Source of the DNA: Rhodopila sp.
GTDB lineage: Bacteria; Pseudomonadota; Alphaproteobacteria; Acetobacterales; Acetobacteraceae
Assembly (NCBI GenBank): GCA_035640755.1
Contig: DASQVN010000108.1
Coordinates: 1 to 54,045, forward strand
Direction of reading: 5' to 3'
DNA: 54,045 nt
In this document: positions 8,792-18,689 of the stretch, one piece after another
How positions within the stretch are numbered: position 1 is the first letter of the stretch
Layout: each line of letters begins with the position of its first letter
Made by a program: the position numbers and the translations under genes
Notes under the pieces: generated by a model
Database searches by the model: none
What the model was told of the DNA's origin: nothing
The model's input: the letters and a program-made list of their open reading frames with translations, nothing else

Positions 8792-11265
8792 GGTTCACCG
8801 CAGCGACCGCCGCCTTGCCGCTGCTGATCCTGCTGCTCACCTGGATGGCCCTGCGGTCGTTCAACGATCCTGCAGAACAATTCGACCGCTCGCTGACCGA
8901 GTTGCAGCACCTCGCGATGCAGGAAGCCGCCCTGCAGCGAGATGTCCTGAGCGCGCGCGCCGGGATACTGCGCACCTACGATCCGCTCGTTGCCGAAGTG
9001 AATGCTCTGCGCGCATCCATCGGCCATCTGCGGGCGGTCGGGGACGGCTGGCCCGAAGCGGCGCCGATCCTCAATGAGATCGATAGCAAAGTGGTTGAGG
9101 AGGAGCATTCGGTCGAGCGCTTTAAGACGGACAACGCGCTGCTCCAGAATTCCCTGTCCTATTTCGCGCGGTTCAGCCGCTCATTTGCCAATGACCCGCT
9201 TCTGTCGGAACAGCTCAGCGCACTTGCATCGGCAATGTTGCGGTTGACCCTGAACACCTCGGTCGAAAGCAGGCAGGCTGTGCGGGATGCGCTCGATCAG
9301 CTTGCCGGCCGGCCAGGCCTCGGCCAGCCCGTGCTCGCATTGTTGGCGCACGGACGCCTGCTGTCGGATCTACTGCCGCAGGCCGACCAGACAATCTCGG
9401 CGCTCTTCGCCGGCTCCTTGCGGCGGGATCAGGCCATGTTTCGGGCGGTGGCGCTGAAACGCCAGGCCGCGTCGCGTGCCGCCGCCCGGCGGTCCAGGAC
9501 TGCCCTCTATGCCACATCGCTCCTGCTGGTCCTGCTGCTCACCTATCTTGGCGCCCAGCTTCAGGAGCGGGCGCGTGCGACCCGCCGCCGCGCGGCGTTC
9601 GAATTGGTCATCGCCGATGCCTCAGTGCGCCTCATCAGAGCCGGCCCGCAGGACCTACCCGACGTAGTCGTCCAGGCACTCGCCGCCATGGCGCGCTGCG
9701 TAGGTGCAGAACGCGCTTATTTCCTGGGAACTGGGTTCGCCTTCACGTGGTCCGCGCCAGGCGCTGCGTTCCCGCCCGATTGGCCGGACCGTGCACCGTC
9801 GCTGGCCAGGGGCTTCGGCGCCGACAAACGGGACGGCGTCCTGCAGATCCCGCGCACCGACCGTGTGCGTTCGGCCGAAGACCGCGCAGCCCTTCTTGTC
9901 GCCCGGCTGCAGGGCTGGGCATGCGTTCTCCGCGCGGCCAAAGATGACAGCCCGCTTCTTCTGGGGTTCGACTCGGTCACCCATCCCTGCCGGATCACGG
10001 CAGGCGGCGAGCTCGGTCTTCTGCCGATGGGACTGGACGCAATCGTGAACGCACTGACCCGCCGGGCGATCGAACAGGAACGCATGCGCCTGGAAGTGCG
10101 GCTGCAACAGGCGCGGAGGCTGGAAACCGTTGGAGCACTGACTGGCGGCATCACGCACAACTTCAACAACATCCTGGGCGCGATTCTGGGCTACACCGAA
10201 ATTGCCGAGGAGGCGGACCTAGACATCGCCCGGTATGCCGAAATCCTGCAGGAGATCCGCACCGCCGGCGAGCGCGCGCGCGAAGTCGTTGACCAGGTCC
10301 TGACGCTGGCGCGTCCGCACGATGCCCCACCGCAGCGCATCTGCCTGCAGACGCTGATATCGGAGTCCGTCTCGTTTCTGTCAGCCTCATTGCCTCGCGC
10401 GGTCACACTGGAGATCACCACTTCTCCCAAGGTGGCGTTGTTCGGCAGACCCGCACAGTTGCAGCAGGTGATTCTGAATCTGTGCACCAATGCTGCCCAG
10501 GCCATGGCAAACGCTGGCGTCATCACGCTGGATGTTGCAGAGAAACAGGTGACCGCGGAACGGCCCCTCAGCCACGGAACGCTCCATCCTGGGCACTATG
10601 TCTGCATTGCCGTCGCGGATCGTGGCCACGGGATCGAGCGCGCCACGCTCGACCGCATGTTTGAGCCTTTCTTCACGACCCGGGGCACCGGCATCGGGTT
10701 GGGGCTGGCCACGGTGCGTGAGATCGTAGCCGAACACCGGGGCGCGCTGCAGGTACAAAGTACCGTTGGGGTCGGTACCACGATTGAGGTCTGGCTGCCG
10801 ACCTTCCTCGATGCTCCCGCCATGCGCGACGAACCCCAAGTTCAGCAGCCCGGGAATGGTGAGACAATCCTGCTGGTTGAGCATGATTCCGCGCGTCGAC
10901 TGCACGATGAGGAACTGCTGGCGGCCCTCGGTTTCGAGCCGGTCGGCTTTCAGCAGGCCGGCGACGCCGAGCAGGCATACCGGACGGACCCTGGTCGTTT
11001 CGACGCAGTGATTATTGGTTATATTGGCTCGACCGCGGAAACGCTGCGTCTGTCCGCGGCCTTGCGCGGCCATGAGCCATCCGTGCCGATCGTGCTCGCC
11101 GCACCCTATTTGGAATTCCTGAGCGCTGATGCGCTGACCGATGCCGGCGTTTCAGACGTGGTGCACAGGCCGATCAGCGCCGCGGAACTCCTGTCCTCGC
11201 TCAAGGGGCGGCTGCCTCGAAGGGCTCGGGCTGACACAGCCAGCGGCCCAGAGGAAAGCGGATGA
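8788..11265 (+). CDS. VirA-like hybrid sensor histidine kinase (helical DAHL-type periplasmic domain, GAF-like linker, HisKA/HATPase, atypical receiver)
   Basis: Two TM segments; periplasmic LQRDVLSARAGILRTYDPL; H-box RLETVGALTGGITHNFNNILG; N-box QVILNLCTNA; FEPFFTT/GLGL; GNGETILLVE...LAALGFEPVGF parallels the VirA receiver; ATGA overlap with upstream gene. Confidence 0.9.
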   Translation: MRFTAATAALPLLILLLTWMALRSFNDPAEQFDRSLTELQHLAMQEAALQRDVLSARAGILRTYDPLVAEVNALRASIGHLRAVGDGWPEAAPILNEIDSKVVEEEHSVERFKTDNALLQNSLSYFARFSRSFANDPLLSEQLSALASAMLRLTLNTSVESRQAVRDALDQLAGRPGLGQPVLALLAHGRLLSDLLPQADQTISALFAGSLRRDQAMFRAVALKRQAASRAAARRSRTALYATSLLLVLLLTYLGAQLQERARATRRRAAFELVIADASVRLIRAGPQDLPDVVVQALAAMARCVGAERAYFLGTGFAFTWSAPGAAFPPDWPDRAPSLARGFGADKRDGVLQIPRTDRVRSAEDRAALLVARLQGWACVLRAAKDDSPLLLGFDSVTHPCRITAGGELGLLPMGLDAIVNALTRRAIEQERMRLEVRLQQARRLETVGALTGGITHNFNNILGAILGYTEIAEEADLDIARYAEILQEIRTAGERAREVVDQVLTLARPHDAPPQRICLQTLISESVSFLSASLPRAVTLEITTSPKVALFGRPAQLQQVILNLCTNAAQAMANAGVITLDVAEKQVTAERPLSHGTLHPGHYVCIAVADRGHGIERATLDRMFEPFFTTRGTGIGLGLATVREIVAEHRGALQVQSTVGVGTTIEVWLPTFLDAPAMRDEPQVQQPGNGETILLVEHDSARRLHDEELLAALGFEPVGFQQAGDAEQAYRTDPGRFDAVIIGYIGSTAETLRLSAALRGHEPSVPIVLAAPYLEFLSADALTDAGVSDVVHRPISAAELLSSLKGRLPRRARADTASGPEESG

Positions 11266-11271
11266 GGCGAC

Positions 11272-11646
11272 ATGACCCATGAGCAATTCAACGCGTTCTG
11301 CCGGACGCTCCCCGCGACCACCCATGTCGTCCAGTGGGGCGGATCACACGTCTGGAAAGTTGGCGGCAAGGTCTTCGCCATTGGCGGCTCTCGGAATGGC
11401 GAGTCGACTTTTACCTTCAAGGTCAGCGGCGTTGCCTATGAAATCCTCAAGGAGCATCCCGGCCTGCGTCCGGCACCTTATCTCGCGTCGCGCGGCATGA
11501 AGTGGATTCAGCACTTCGCACAACCTGGGCTGTCCGACAGCGAACTGCAGGAGTATCTTCGTCAATCGCACTTCATTGTCTCCCAGGGCCTGTCGAAGAA
11601 GAAACGGGCGGAGCTGGGACTCACCGCTCCGCAATCGGCGACGTGA
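11272..11646 (+). CDS. MmcQ/YjbR family protein
   Basis: QWGGSHVWKVGGKVFA...RPAPYLASRGMKWI motif; starts 6 bp after the kinase. Confidence 0.85.
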   Translation: MTHEQFNAFCRTLPATTHVVQWGGSHVWKVGGKVFAIGGSRNGESTFTFKVSGVAYEILKEHPGLRPAPYLASRGMKWIQHFAQPGLSDSELQEYLRQSHFIVSQGLSKKKRAELGLTAPQSAT

Positions 11647-11663
11647 ACCGCATCGGGCGTCGG

Positions 11664-12908
11664 TCAAGAGCGGATCATTGGACAATGCCCTTCGGAGATC
11701 GGGCGAAATGCGCGTTCCGCGGGAATGGTGTCCTTCAATTGCACCAAATCCCACGTTTCCTTCGACTGATCCGGCGACTTTGCCTCGAACAGATACATGT
11801 TATGGATCACCCGCCCGTCCTCGCGGATCGTGCTCTTGCCGAAGATTACGTCCTCGACCGGGATGGTACGCATCTGGGCGATGACGGCGCGCCCGCTGGC
11901 CTTCGCCTTTTCGGGACCCATCGCCGCCACCGCCTTCAGGTAATGCGTGACCAGGGAATACTGGCCGGCCTGCGCCGAGTTCGGCATCGCATTCCCCAGG
12001 CTCCGCGCCTGGAAGCGGCGGCCAAATGCGCGTGTGCCGTCATTCAGGTCCCAGTAGTAGGGCTCCGCCAGCCGCACCCCTTGCGCCGCCTTCAGGCCGA
12101 TACTGAGAATGTCGTTCAGCAGCATGCCGACTCCAACGACCTGCTGGCCGCCAGCCATGATGCCGAACTCAGCCGCCTGCTTGACGCAGTTCACCGCATC
12201 GACCCCGCCATTGGCGAGTCCGATCACCTTTGCCCCGCTCGCCTTCGCCGACAGCAGGAAGGATGAGAAATCCGTCGTCCCCGGAAACGGATACCGCGCG
12301 GAGCCCAGCACCTTGCCGCCCGCGTTGTCGACAAATGACGTCGAGTCGCGTTCAAGCTGCTGGCCGAAAGCGTAGTCGGCGGTAATGAAATACCACGTCG
12401 AGCCGCCTTGCCTCACCGCGCTCTCCACGATGGCATGCGGCACCGCCCAGGTGTCATAGGACCAATGCAGATGATTCGGACCGCACCGCTCACCGGTCAG
12501 GATGGAGGACGCAGCGCCACTGTAGATGGCCAGCTTGTCCTTCGCCTTCGCCAGCTCGCCGACAGCGATGGCGGCCGAGGAGAGAGGCAGGTCGGTCAGC
12601 AGGTCCACACCTTGGTTGTCGAACCAGTCGCCGGCGATCGACAGCGCTACGTCCGGCTTCAGCAGCATGTCGGCCGACAGCAGCTCCACCTTGATATCGG
12701 GATGAGCCTTGGCGAAGTCCTCGATCGCAAGCTGTGCGCCTAGTACCGAACCCTTGCCTGTGATCGCGGCATATGTCCCGGTCATGTCGGTCAGCACGCC
12801 GATACGGATCGGCTGGTCTGCCGCCCGAGCGCGGCGCGGCAACGCCACGCCCACGCCGGCACCAAGTCCCATGCCGAGCACTGTTCGGCGGCCGACGGTC
12901 TGGGTCAC
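11664..12908 (-). CDS. ABC transporter substrate-binding protein, branched-chain amino acid/Leu-binding family, Tat-exported
   Basis: GRRTVL Tat motif, IRIGVLTDMTG, WYFITADYAFG, TTDFSSFLL.AKASGA; GTG start after GGGGGGA. Confidence 0.9.
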   Translation of the reverse strand: MTQTVGRRTVLGMGLGAGVGVALPRRARAADQPIRIGVLTDMTGTYAAITGKGSVLGAQLAIEDFAKAHPDIKVELLSADMLLKPDVALSIAGDWFDNQGVDLLTDLPLSSAAIAVGELAKAKDKLAIYSGAASSILTGERCGPNHLHWSYDTWAVPHAIVESAVRQGGSTWYFITADYAFGQQLERDSTSFVDNAGGKVLGSARYPFPGTTDFSSFLLSAKASGAKVIGLANGGVDAVNCVKQAAEFGIMAGGQQVVGVGMLLNDILSIGLKAAQGVRLAEPYYWDLNDGTRAFGRRFQARSLGNAMPNSAQAGQYSLVTHYLKAVAAMGPEKAKASGRAVIAQMRTIPVEDVIFGKSTIREDGRVIHNMYLFEAKSPDQSKETWDLVQLKDTIPAERAFRPISEGHCPMIRS

Positions 12909-12972
12909 GATTTCCCCCCGTTCCACAAGTCTGGTTGATCCGGACGGCGGGTTCGCATCGGCGGATGTTCGC

Positions 12973-14844
12973 CTATGCGTCCGCCACTACCTCGAAAACA
13001 TATGGCGTCAGCGAGTCCTGGGCCGCCGTGCGGAGCTCGTGCCATTTTTCCGGGCCGCCATAGTAGGCAAGGCTGCCGGGTTCCGCCGTGCCATCACCAT
13101 TGTAGTACGACAGGCAATCACGTAACGGGCTGGTCAGGATATCGGCCTCGCGGCAGTGCTGCGCATAGGCCGCCTCTGGCGCCTTTCTGACGTCAACAAC
13201 ATTGGCGCCCCGTTTCTGCAGCGTCTGCAGCATCCAGACGACGTAATCGGTATGAGCCTCGATGCCACGCATGAAGTTGAACTGTCCACCGCCGCCCTGA
13301 GGGCCCGACATGATGAACAGGTTGGGAAAACCGTGGCTGTGCAGGCCGAGGAACGTTCGTACCCCCTCCGATGTCCACTTCTCCCGCAGGGTCTGGCCGT
13401 TACGGCCCGTGATCATGTTGAAACTCGCCGTCGCCATCCACTGGAACCCGGTCGCGTAGATCAGCACATCCAGCGGATACTCCACGCCGTCGTGCACTAC
13501 CCCGCCCGGATTGATCCTCCGGACGCCAAGCGGCGCAGTGTCGACCAGCTTCACATGCGGCAGGTTGAATGTCGGCAGATACTCGTCGTGGAACGTCGGG
13601 CGCTTGCAACCATACGGATAGTAGGGTTTCAGCGCGGCCGCTGTCTTTGGGTCCTTGACCACTGCATCCACCCGGGCGCGGATCTGCTCCATGATCCGGA
13701 AGTTGGAATTGAGCTGCTTGTGGATCAGTTCTTCCGGCGACAATTCCCGTTCATGGTGCCGCCGCGGCTTGAAATCGGCAATCTTGCCTGAAAGATAGTC
13801 GTCGTTGGCCTGCAGCGCGGTGCGCCCGGAGGATATCCTCGCCAGCCTCTCGCGTCGCGCCCGTGCCCAGCCGGGCTCCTTCGACCATGCCTCGATCTCC
13901 TGCTGGGTCGTCGCGCGCTGGTCTCGCACATCGATCGTCGATGGGGTCCGCTGAAAGACGTACAGCTCCCCGGCCACCTTGGCGATCTCCGGAACCACCT
14001 GCACCGCGGTCGCGCCCGTACCGACGATGCCGACCCGCTTGCCGGTCAGGTCGATATTGTAGTTCCAGCGCGACGTATGGAATGCATCGCCGGCGAACGT
14101 CTCCATGCCCTCGATCCGTGCCAGCTTCGGCGTCGTCAGGATGCCGTTCGCCAACACGACAAAACGTGCGCTCATCCGATCGCCGCGATCCGTATGGACC
14201 GTCCAGCGGCCGGTTGCTTCGTTCCACTCCGTCCGTTCGACAGTGGTATGGAACAGGCACCGGTCGTAGAACCCGTACCGCTCGGCGATGCCCTGGCAAT
14301 ATTCAAGGATTTCGAAGCCCGAGGCGAACTTCATGGTCGGGAAATAGCCCGTCTCCTCCAGCAGGGGCATGTAGCTGTAGGACTCCACGTCGCAGGCGAT
14401 GCCGGGATAGCGGTTCCAATACCAGGTGCCGCCAACATCCCCGCCCTTTTCACAGAACCGAACGTCGAGGAAGCCGGCCTCCCGCAGCTTGTACCAGAGC
14501 AGCAGGGCGGCGAACCCGGCACCGATCACCAGGATTTCGCATTGATCATCCAGCGGCTCGCGCTGCACAGGCGGCGCCGAATAGACATCCTCCAGATATT
14601 TTGCGAACTCGCCCTCCAGGGCGATGTAATCCGCGGCCCCGCTCCTGGCCTCTTTGAACTGCCGATATTTCGCCTGTTCGTCGGCATTGAACACGGCGCC
14701 CGGCGGCGGTGGCGGAAGCGTCTTCAGCGCCACGTCGGCAACCGGCGAATAGCCCTTGCCGGCAATCCGCTCGGTCGCCTTGGCAGCGCGCGTGTGGAAC
14801 AGCTTCAGACCCGAGGCTTCATCAACTCGAACGGATGGGATCAT
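12973..14844 (-). CDS. Baeyer-Villiger monooxygenase (type I)
   Basis: GAGFAA, GGTWYWNRYPGIACD, BVMO fingerprint FAGDAFHTSRW, second Rossmann GTGATA, ATGF. Confidence 0.93.
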   Translation of the reverse strand: MIPSVRVDEASGLKLFHTRAAKATERIAGKGYSPVADVALKTLPPPPPGAVFNADEQAKYRQFKEARSGAADYIALEGEFAKYLEDVYSAPPVQREPLDDQCEILVIGAGFAALLLWYKLREAGFLDVRFCEKGGDVGGTWYWNRYPGIACDVESYSYMPLLEETGYFPTMKFASGFEILEYCQGIAERYGFYDRCLFHTTVERTEWNEATGRWTVHTDRGDRMSARFVVLANGILTTPKLARIEGMETFAGDAFHTSRWNYNIDLTGKRVGIVGTGATAVQVVPEIAKVAGELYVFQRTPSTIDVRDQRATTQQEIEAWSKEPGWARARRERLARISSGRTALQANDDYLSGKIADFKPRRHHERELSPEELIHKQLNSNFRIMEQIRARVDAVVKDPKTAAALKPYYPYGCKRPTFHDEYLPTFNLPHVKLVDTAPLGVRRINPGGVVHDGVEYPLDVLIYATGFQWMATASFNMITGRNGQTLREKWTSEGVRTFLGLHSHGFPNLFIMSGPQGGGGQFNFMRGIEAHTDYVVWMLQTLQKRGANVVDVRKAPEAAYAQHCREADILTSPLRDCLSYYNGDGTAEPGSLAYYGGPEKWHELRTAAQDSLTPYVFEVVADA

Positions 14845-14992
14845 GTCTGGCGGCCATTTTCATTCGGTGTTCGGACGTTTCGGCCAATAGGATACCCACC
14901 AGTAGCCTTTGCCTGCAACGTCTGCGCCGGCGCGACTCAACAGGGCGCATCACCGGTGGTAAGCCGGTCCGACGAAATCGGGGGAAACGGCC

Positions 14993-15808
14993 ATGGGCAA
15001 ACTCGACGGAAGGATTGCCATCGTCACCGGCGCAGGCCGCGGCCTGGGCAGGGCCTACGCGCTCCGCCTCGCAGGCCTCGGCGCCAAGGTTGCGGTGACC
15101 GACATCAATCTGAGATCGTACCAGGAGTTCGAGGCCGAGGCGAAGGCCATGACCGCCGACAGCACGGTGGACGAGATCAACGCGATCACCGAAGCCATCG
15201 GCATTGAAACGGACGTGCGGGACGAGAACGCGGTACAATCCATGGTCCGGCAGGTGATCGACAAATGGGGCCGCATCGACATCCTGGTCTGCAACGCGGG
15301 CGGCGGCCGCGGCCGCCCGATCGATACGAAAGCCAGCACACTCGACCCCGCGCTGCTGCACCTGGTTACCGAGATGAACTACTACGGCACGGTTTACTGC
15401 GTGAATGCCGTGGCGCCGGTCATGAAGACCCAACGAAGCGGCAAGGTCGTGACCGTCAGCTCGGTCGCCGCCCTCAGCCCTTCGGTTGACGGAGGCTACG
15501 CCCATTACGGCGCCGCCAAGGCTGCCATCCTGCACTACATCCGCTACCTGGCGCAGGAACTCGGGCCGTACGGCATCACCGTGAACTGCATCGCACCCGG
15601 CACGATTACCACCGGCCGGATCGTCGCGAGCGTCATGCCGGCCAGCGCCGACGCCAACACCGATCGGACCGAGAAAGTGGCACTGCGCCGCCTCGGCTCG
15701 GTTGAAGACTGCGCCAAGGTGGTCGAGTTCCTGACGACCGACCTGTCCGACTACGTCACTGGCCAGTGTATCGCGATCGATGGCGGCCTGGTGCGCGCCG
15801 GCTGGTGA
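14993..15808 (+). CDS. Short-chain dehydrogenase/reductase
   Basis: TGAGRGLG, CNAG, catalytic YGAAK. Confidence 0.93.
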   Translation: MGKLDGRIAIVTGAGRGLGRAYALRLAGLGAKVAVTDINLRSYQEFEAEAKAMTADSTVDEINAITEAIGIETDVRDENAVQSMVRQVIDKWGRIDILVCNAGGGRGRPIDTKASTLDPALLHLVTEMNYYGTVYCVNAVAPVMKTQRSGKVVTVSSVAALSPSVDGGYAHYGAAKAAILHYIRYLAQELGPYGITVNCIAPGTITTGRIVASVMPASADANTDRTEKVALRRLGSVEDCAKVVEFLTTDLSDYVTGQCIAIDGGLVRAGW

Positions 15809-15820
15809 AGCGGCAGCACG

Positions 15821-17455
15821 TCATCGCCGGATCACCGGTGAGGGCGTGCTCTCGATCATCACATTGACGGCCGCCGGCTTGCCGCTGGCCAGCGACCGCG
15901 CAATCGCGTCTGGCAGCTCCTCGATGCGCGTCACCAGTTCGCCGTGCCCACCAAGGGCCGCCGCGACCAGATCATAGCGGGTCGGGTTCAGCTCGCAGCC
16001 GTGCGCGCGGTTCGCGCCGTAGTCCCGAACCTGGAGGTTGTATTCAGCATTCCAGCGGCTGTCCGTTCCGACGATCACGACATAAGGCAAGCCCAGGCGG
16101 ACAGCCGTTTCGATTTCCGACATGTGGAACCCGAACGTGCCGTCGCCCATCACGGCGAACACCGGCGCCTTGCGCTCCACAACGCGCGCGCCCGCTGCCA
16201 TGGGCAGGGAAGACCCGATGGAGCCCGCGACACCGTTGATCATACGCCGGTCGTTGCGAAGGATGCTCTGCCCCCACTGCGCGAACTCCCCACCATCGCA
16301 GATCAGCACGGTATCCGGGTCCTGGTCGATGAAGCGCTGCAAGGTCAGGAACACCTGTGCGGGATGCAGCAGTCCTTCGGTGCTGGATCTCAGATGCGCC
16401 CATTCCGCCGGACGATCATCGAAACAGGAGCGCGCATCCGCCAACCAGCCCAGATCGCCATGCACACGGCCACGCCCACGGCTCAACAGGGCTTCGGCAG
16501 CCGGATATGTGTCGGCTACACAGCCCAATGCCAGAGCATTCCCCTTGAACCGGACCGCACGGTCAAGGATGGCGCCATCGGGATCGATGGCAACGAAACG
16601 GCACTCCGGCGCAAACGGAGCACCGCCAAACTTCAACGTGAAATCCAGCGCCTTCCCCAGCAGCAACACCAGATCCGCTTGGCGTACCACATCCGCATAG
16701 GCGCCAAGACTCGCATCGTTGAAGCTGCGGGGCCCCTCGCTGATGCACGCCGGAATCGAGAACTCTGTCTCGAGCCGGCGCAACAGATCGCGTCCTGTCC
16801 GCGAGGCCAACACCGGCGCGCCAATGATCAGTGGACGCTTGGCCCCATTCAGCAATGCAACGACAGCATCCGCTACAACATCCGAGAGTGCAATACGCGT
16901 CGCCAGGAAGTCCGCGTGCGTGGGCCAGACCACGGCCTCTTCGGGCACCATTGCATCCAGCACATCAGATGGCAGACTCAAATGCACCGGTCCGGGCCTG
17001 CCGGCAGTTGCCGTCCGTATTGCGTTCGCCACCTCCAGACCCAGGCGGGCCGTACTCGTGGCCATCCATGCAGCCTTCGTCACTGGCTCGGCCATGGCGA
17101 CCTGACGCAGCTCCTGAAATCCGCCACGGCCGAGCTGATCGGTTTCTGTATGGCCGGACATCAGCACCATGGGCGTCTCCTGTCCGAGCGCCGTGAACAG
17201 CGCCCCCACGGCGTTCGCGTGGCCAGGCCCGCCGGTGACCCAGGCAATGCCGGGGCGCCCCGTCAGGCGTCCATACGCATCGGCCATATGTACCGTGGCC
17301 GCCTCGTGCCGGACGTGCATCAGTTTGAGTCCGGTACCCAGCGCGGCATCGAACAGCGACATGATGTGGTTGCCAGACAGCGTAAAGATGTCTGTGTGGC
17401 CGGCGAGCTGAAGCGTGCGGACCACGATGTCTGCGCCGCGAAGACTGGATGACAT
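15821..17455 (-). CDS. Thiamine diphosphate-dependent enzyme (acetolactate synthase/2-hydroxyacyl-CoA lyase-like)
   Basis: HVRHEAATVHMADAYGRLTG, TGGPGHAN, ThDP motif GDGTFGF. Confidence 0.9.
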   Translation of the reverse strand: MSSSLRGADIVVRTLQLAGHTDIFTLSGNHIMSLFDAALGTGLKLMHVRHEAATVHMADAYGRLTGRPGIAWVTGGPGHANAVGALFTALGQETPMVLMSGHTETDQLGRGGFQELRQVAMAEPVTKAAWMATSTARLGLEVANAIRTATAGRPGPVHLSLPSDVLDAMVPEEAVVWPTHADFLATRIALSDVVADAVVALLNGAKRPLIIGAPVLASRTGRDLLRRLETEFSIPACISEGPRSFNDASLGAYADVVRQADLVLLLGKALDFTLKFGGAPFAPECRFVAIDPDGAILDRAVRFKGNALALGCVADTYPAAEALLSRGRGRVHGDLGWLADARSCFDDRPAEWAHLRSSTEGLLHPAQVFLTLQRFIDQDPDTVLICDGGEFAQWGQSILRNDRRMINGVAGSIGSSLPMAAGARVVERKAPVFAVMGDGTFGFHMSEIETAVRLGLPYVVIVGTDSRWNAEYNLQVRDYGANRAHGCELNPTRYDLVAAALGGHGELVTRIEELPDAIARSLASGKPAAVNVMIESTPSPVIRR

Positions 17456-17544
17456 TCAGAAAGTCCCTGACGGCTGTATCTGACGACGCCAGTGCTGGCG
17501 CCGGGATGCTCGGGGCAGCCATTGCCGCCCCGCGGCCGGATGGA

Positions 17545-18456
17545 TCAGATCGGGTCCCACATGTACACGTCGCGCGTCCGCTCCAGCGGCGTGAAGTGGT
17601 TCTTCACAGCGGGCAACCACATCTCGGCCAGCTTCTCGGGCGTCCAGCCATCAGGGCGCGCCATGATGCGGATCGGCCGCGGCTGGTTGTACAAATAGAT
17701 CTCATTTCCGCGGACGCCGAGGATCTGGCCTGAAATGCCGGCCGCCGCATCCGTGCCCAGGAAGGCAATCAGTTGCGCGATGTGGTCCGGCCGGGTCTTT
17801 TCGGCACGCGCCTTGAGCTGCTCCTCTGTCTGGCCGGGTACCGTCTCGATCATGCGGCTGAACGCGTGCGGCCCGATACAGTTGGAACGCACGTGATAGC
17901 GCTGCATGTCCATCGCAATGTTCCGCGACAGGCCGGCAATCCCCAGCTTGGCCGCGCCGTAGTTCACCTGCCCCACGCTGCCGATCAGGCCGGAGGTCGA
18001 GGTCATGTGCACCAGGCTGCCGCTCTCCTGCTTTCGGAAATGCGGGATGGCGGCGCGGGAGACATAGAACGCGCCGTAAAGGTGCACCTTGATGACGGCG
18101 TCCCATTCCTCAACCGACATGTAGTGGAACATGCGGTCGCGCAGGATGCCGGCATTGTTCACCACCATGTCGATGCGGCCGAAATTGTCGATCGCGTCCT
18201 GAACCATCTTCTGGGCGTCTTCCCAGCTCGCCACGCTGCCGGTGTTGGCGACGGCGCGCCCCTTGCCATGGGCCTGTTCGATCTCCTGCACGACGCGCTG
18301 CGCCGGACCGGCATCCTGGCCTTCGCCTGTGACCGTCGCGCCGATGTCGTTCACGACCACCTGGCCGCCATTCGCCGCGATGGTCAGCGCCGTCGCCCTG
18401 CCAATGCCGTTGCCCGCGCCCGTCACGACGGCGACTTTCCCATCCAACATGCCCAT
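17545..18456 (-). CDS. Short-chain dehydrogenase/reductase (MFE-2 hydroxyacyl-CoA dehydrogenase-like)
   Basis: TGAGNGIG, VVVNDIG, NNAGILRDRM, NYGAAK; RBS GAGGAGG. Confidence 0.92.
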   Translation of the reverse strand: MGMLDGKVAVVTGAGNGIGRATALTIAANGGQVVVNDIGATVTGEGQDAGPAQRVVQEIEQAHGKGRAVANTGSVASWEDAQKMVQDAIDNFGRIDMVVNNAGILRDRMFHYMSVEEWDAVIKVHLYGAFYVSRAAIPHFRKQESGSLVHMTSTSGLIGSVGQVNYGAAKLGIAGLSRNIAMDMQRYHVRSNCIGPHAFSRMIETVPGQTEEQLKARAEKTRPDHIAQLIAFLGTDAAAGISGQILGVRGNEIYLYNQPRPIRIMARPDGWTPEKLAEMWLPAVKNHFTPLERTRDVYMWDPI

Positions 18457-18689
18457 TGCGTTTCCTCCTCTGATCAAAGGCCAAGGCAAGGATGCGACAG
18501 ACCGGAAGCCGTGTCATCATCCCGGCCGGGAGGAGACCGTTATGAACCTTGGATCCAATGTGGGTGCGCAAAGCAGTCGGCGGCTATGGCGCTTCGGAGA
18601 GCAGCAGGACCTGGGCCGCGCCAACTTCACCTCACCTATTAGGGTGCTGGAGGTTGGGCCGGCGTGACCGCCCGTAGCCGCGACGTCAA

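Noticed and set aside
7012-11265. Calling the pair true virG/virA of a Ti-type virulence region
   Set aside because: No virB, virC, virD, virE, T-DNA or repABC in the window, and the surroundings are chromosomal; gene symbols withheld
15944-17452. 502-aa plus-strand ORF and similar long antisense ORFs (e.g. 14077-15207, 27380-28471, 36785-38221)
   Set aside because: Shadow frames opposite well-supported genes, expected in high-GC DNA; no motifs
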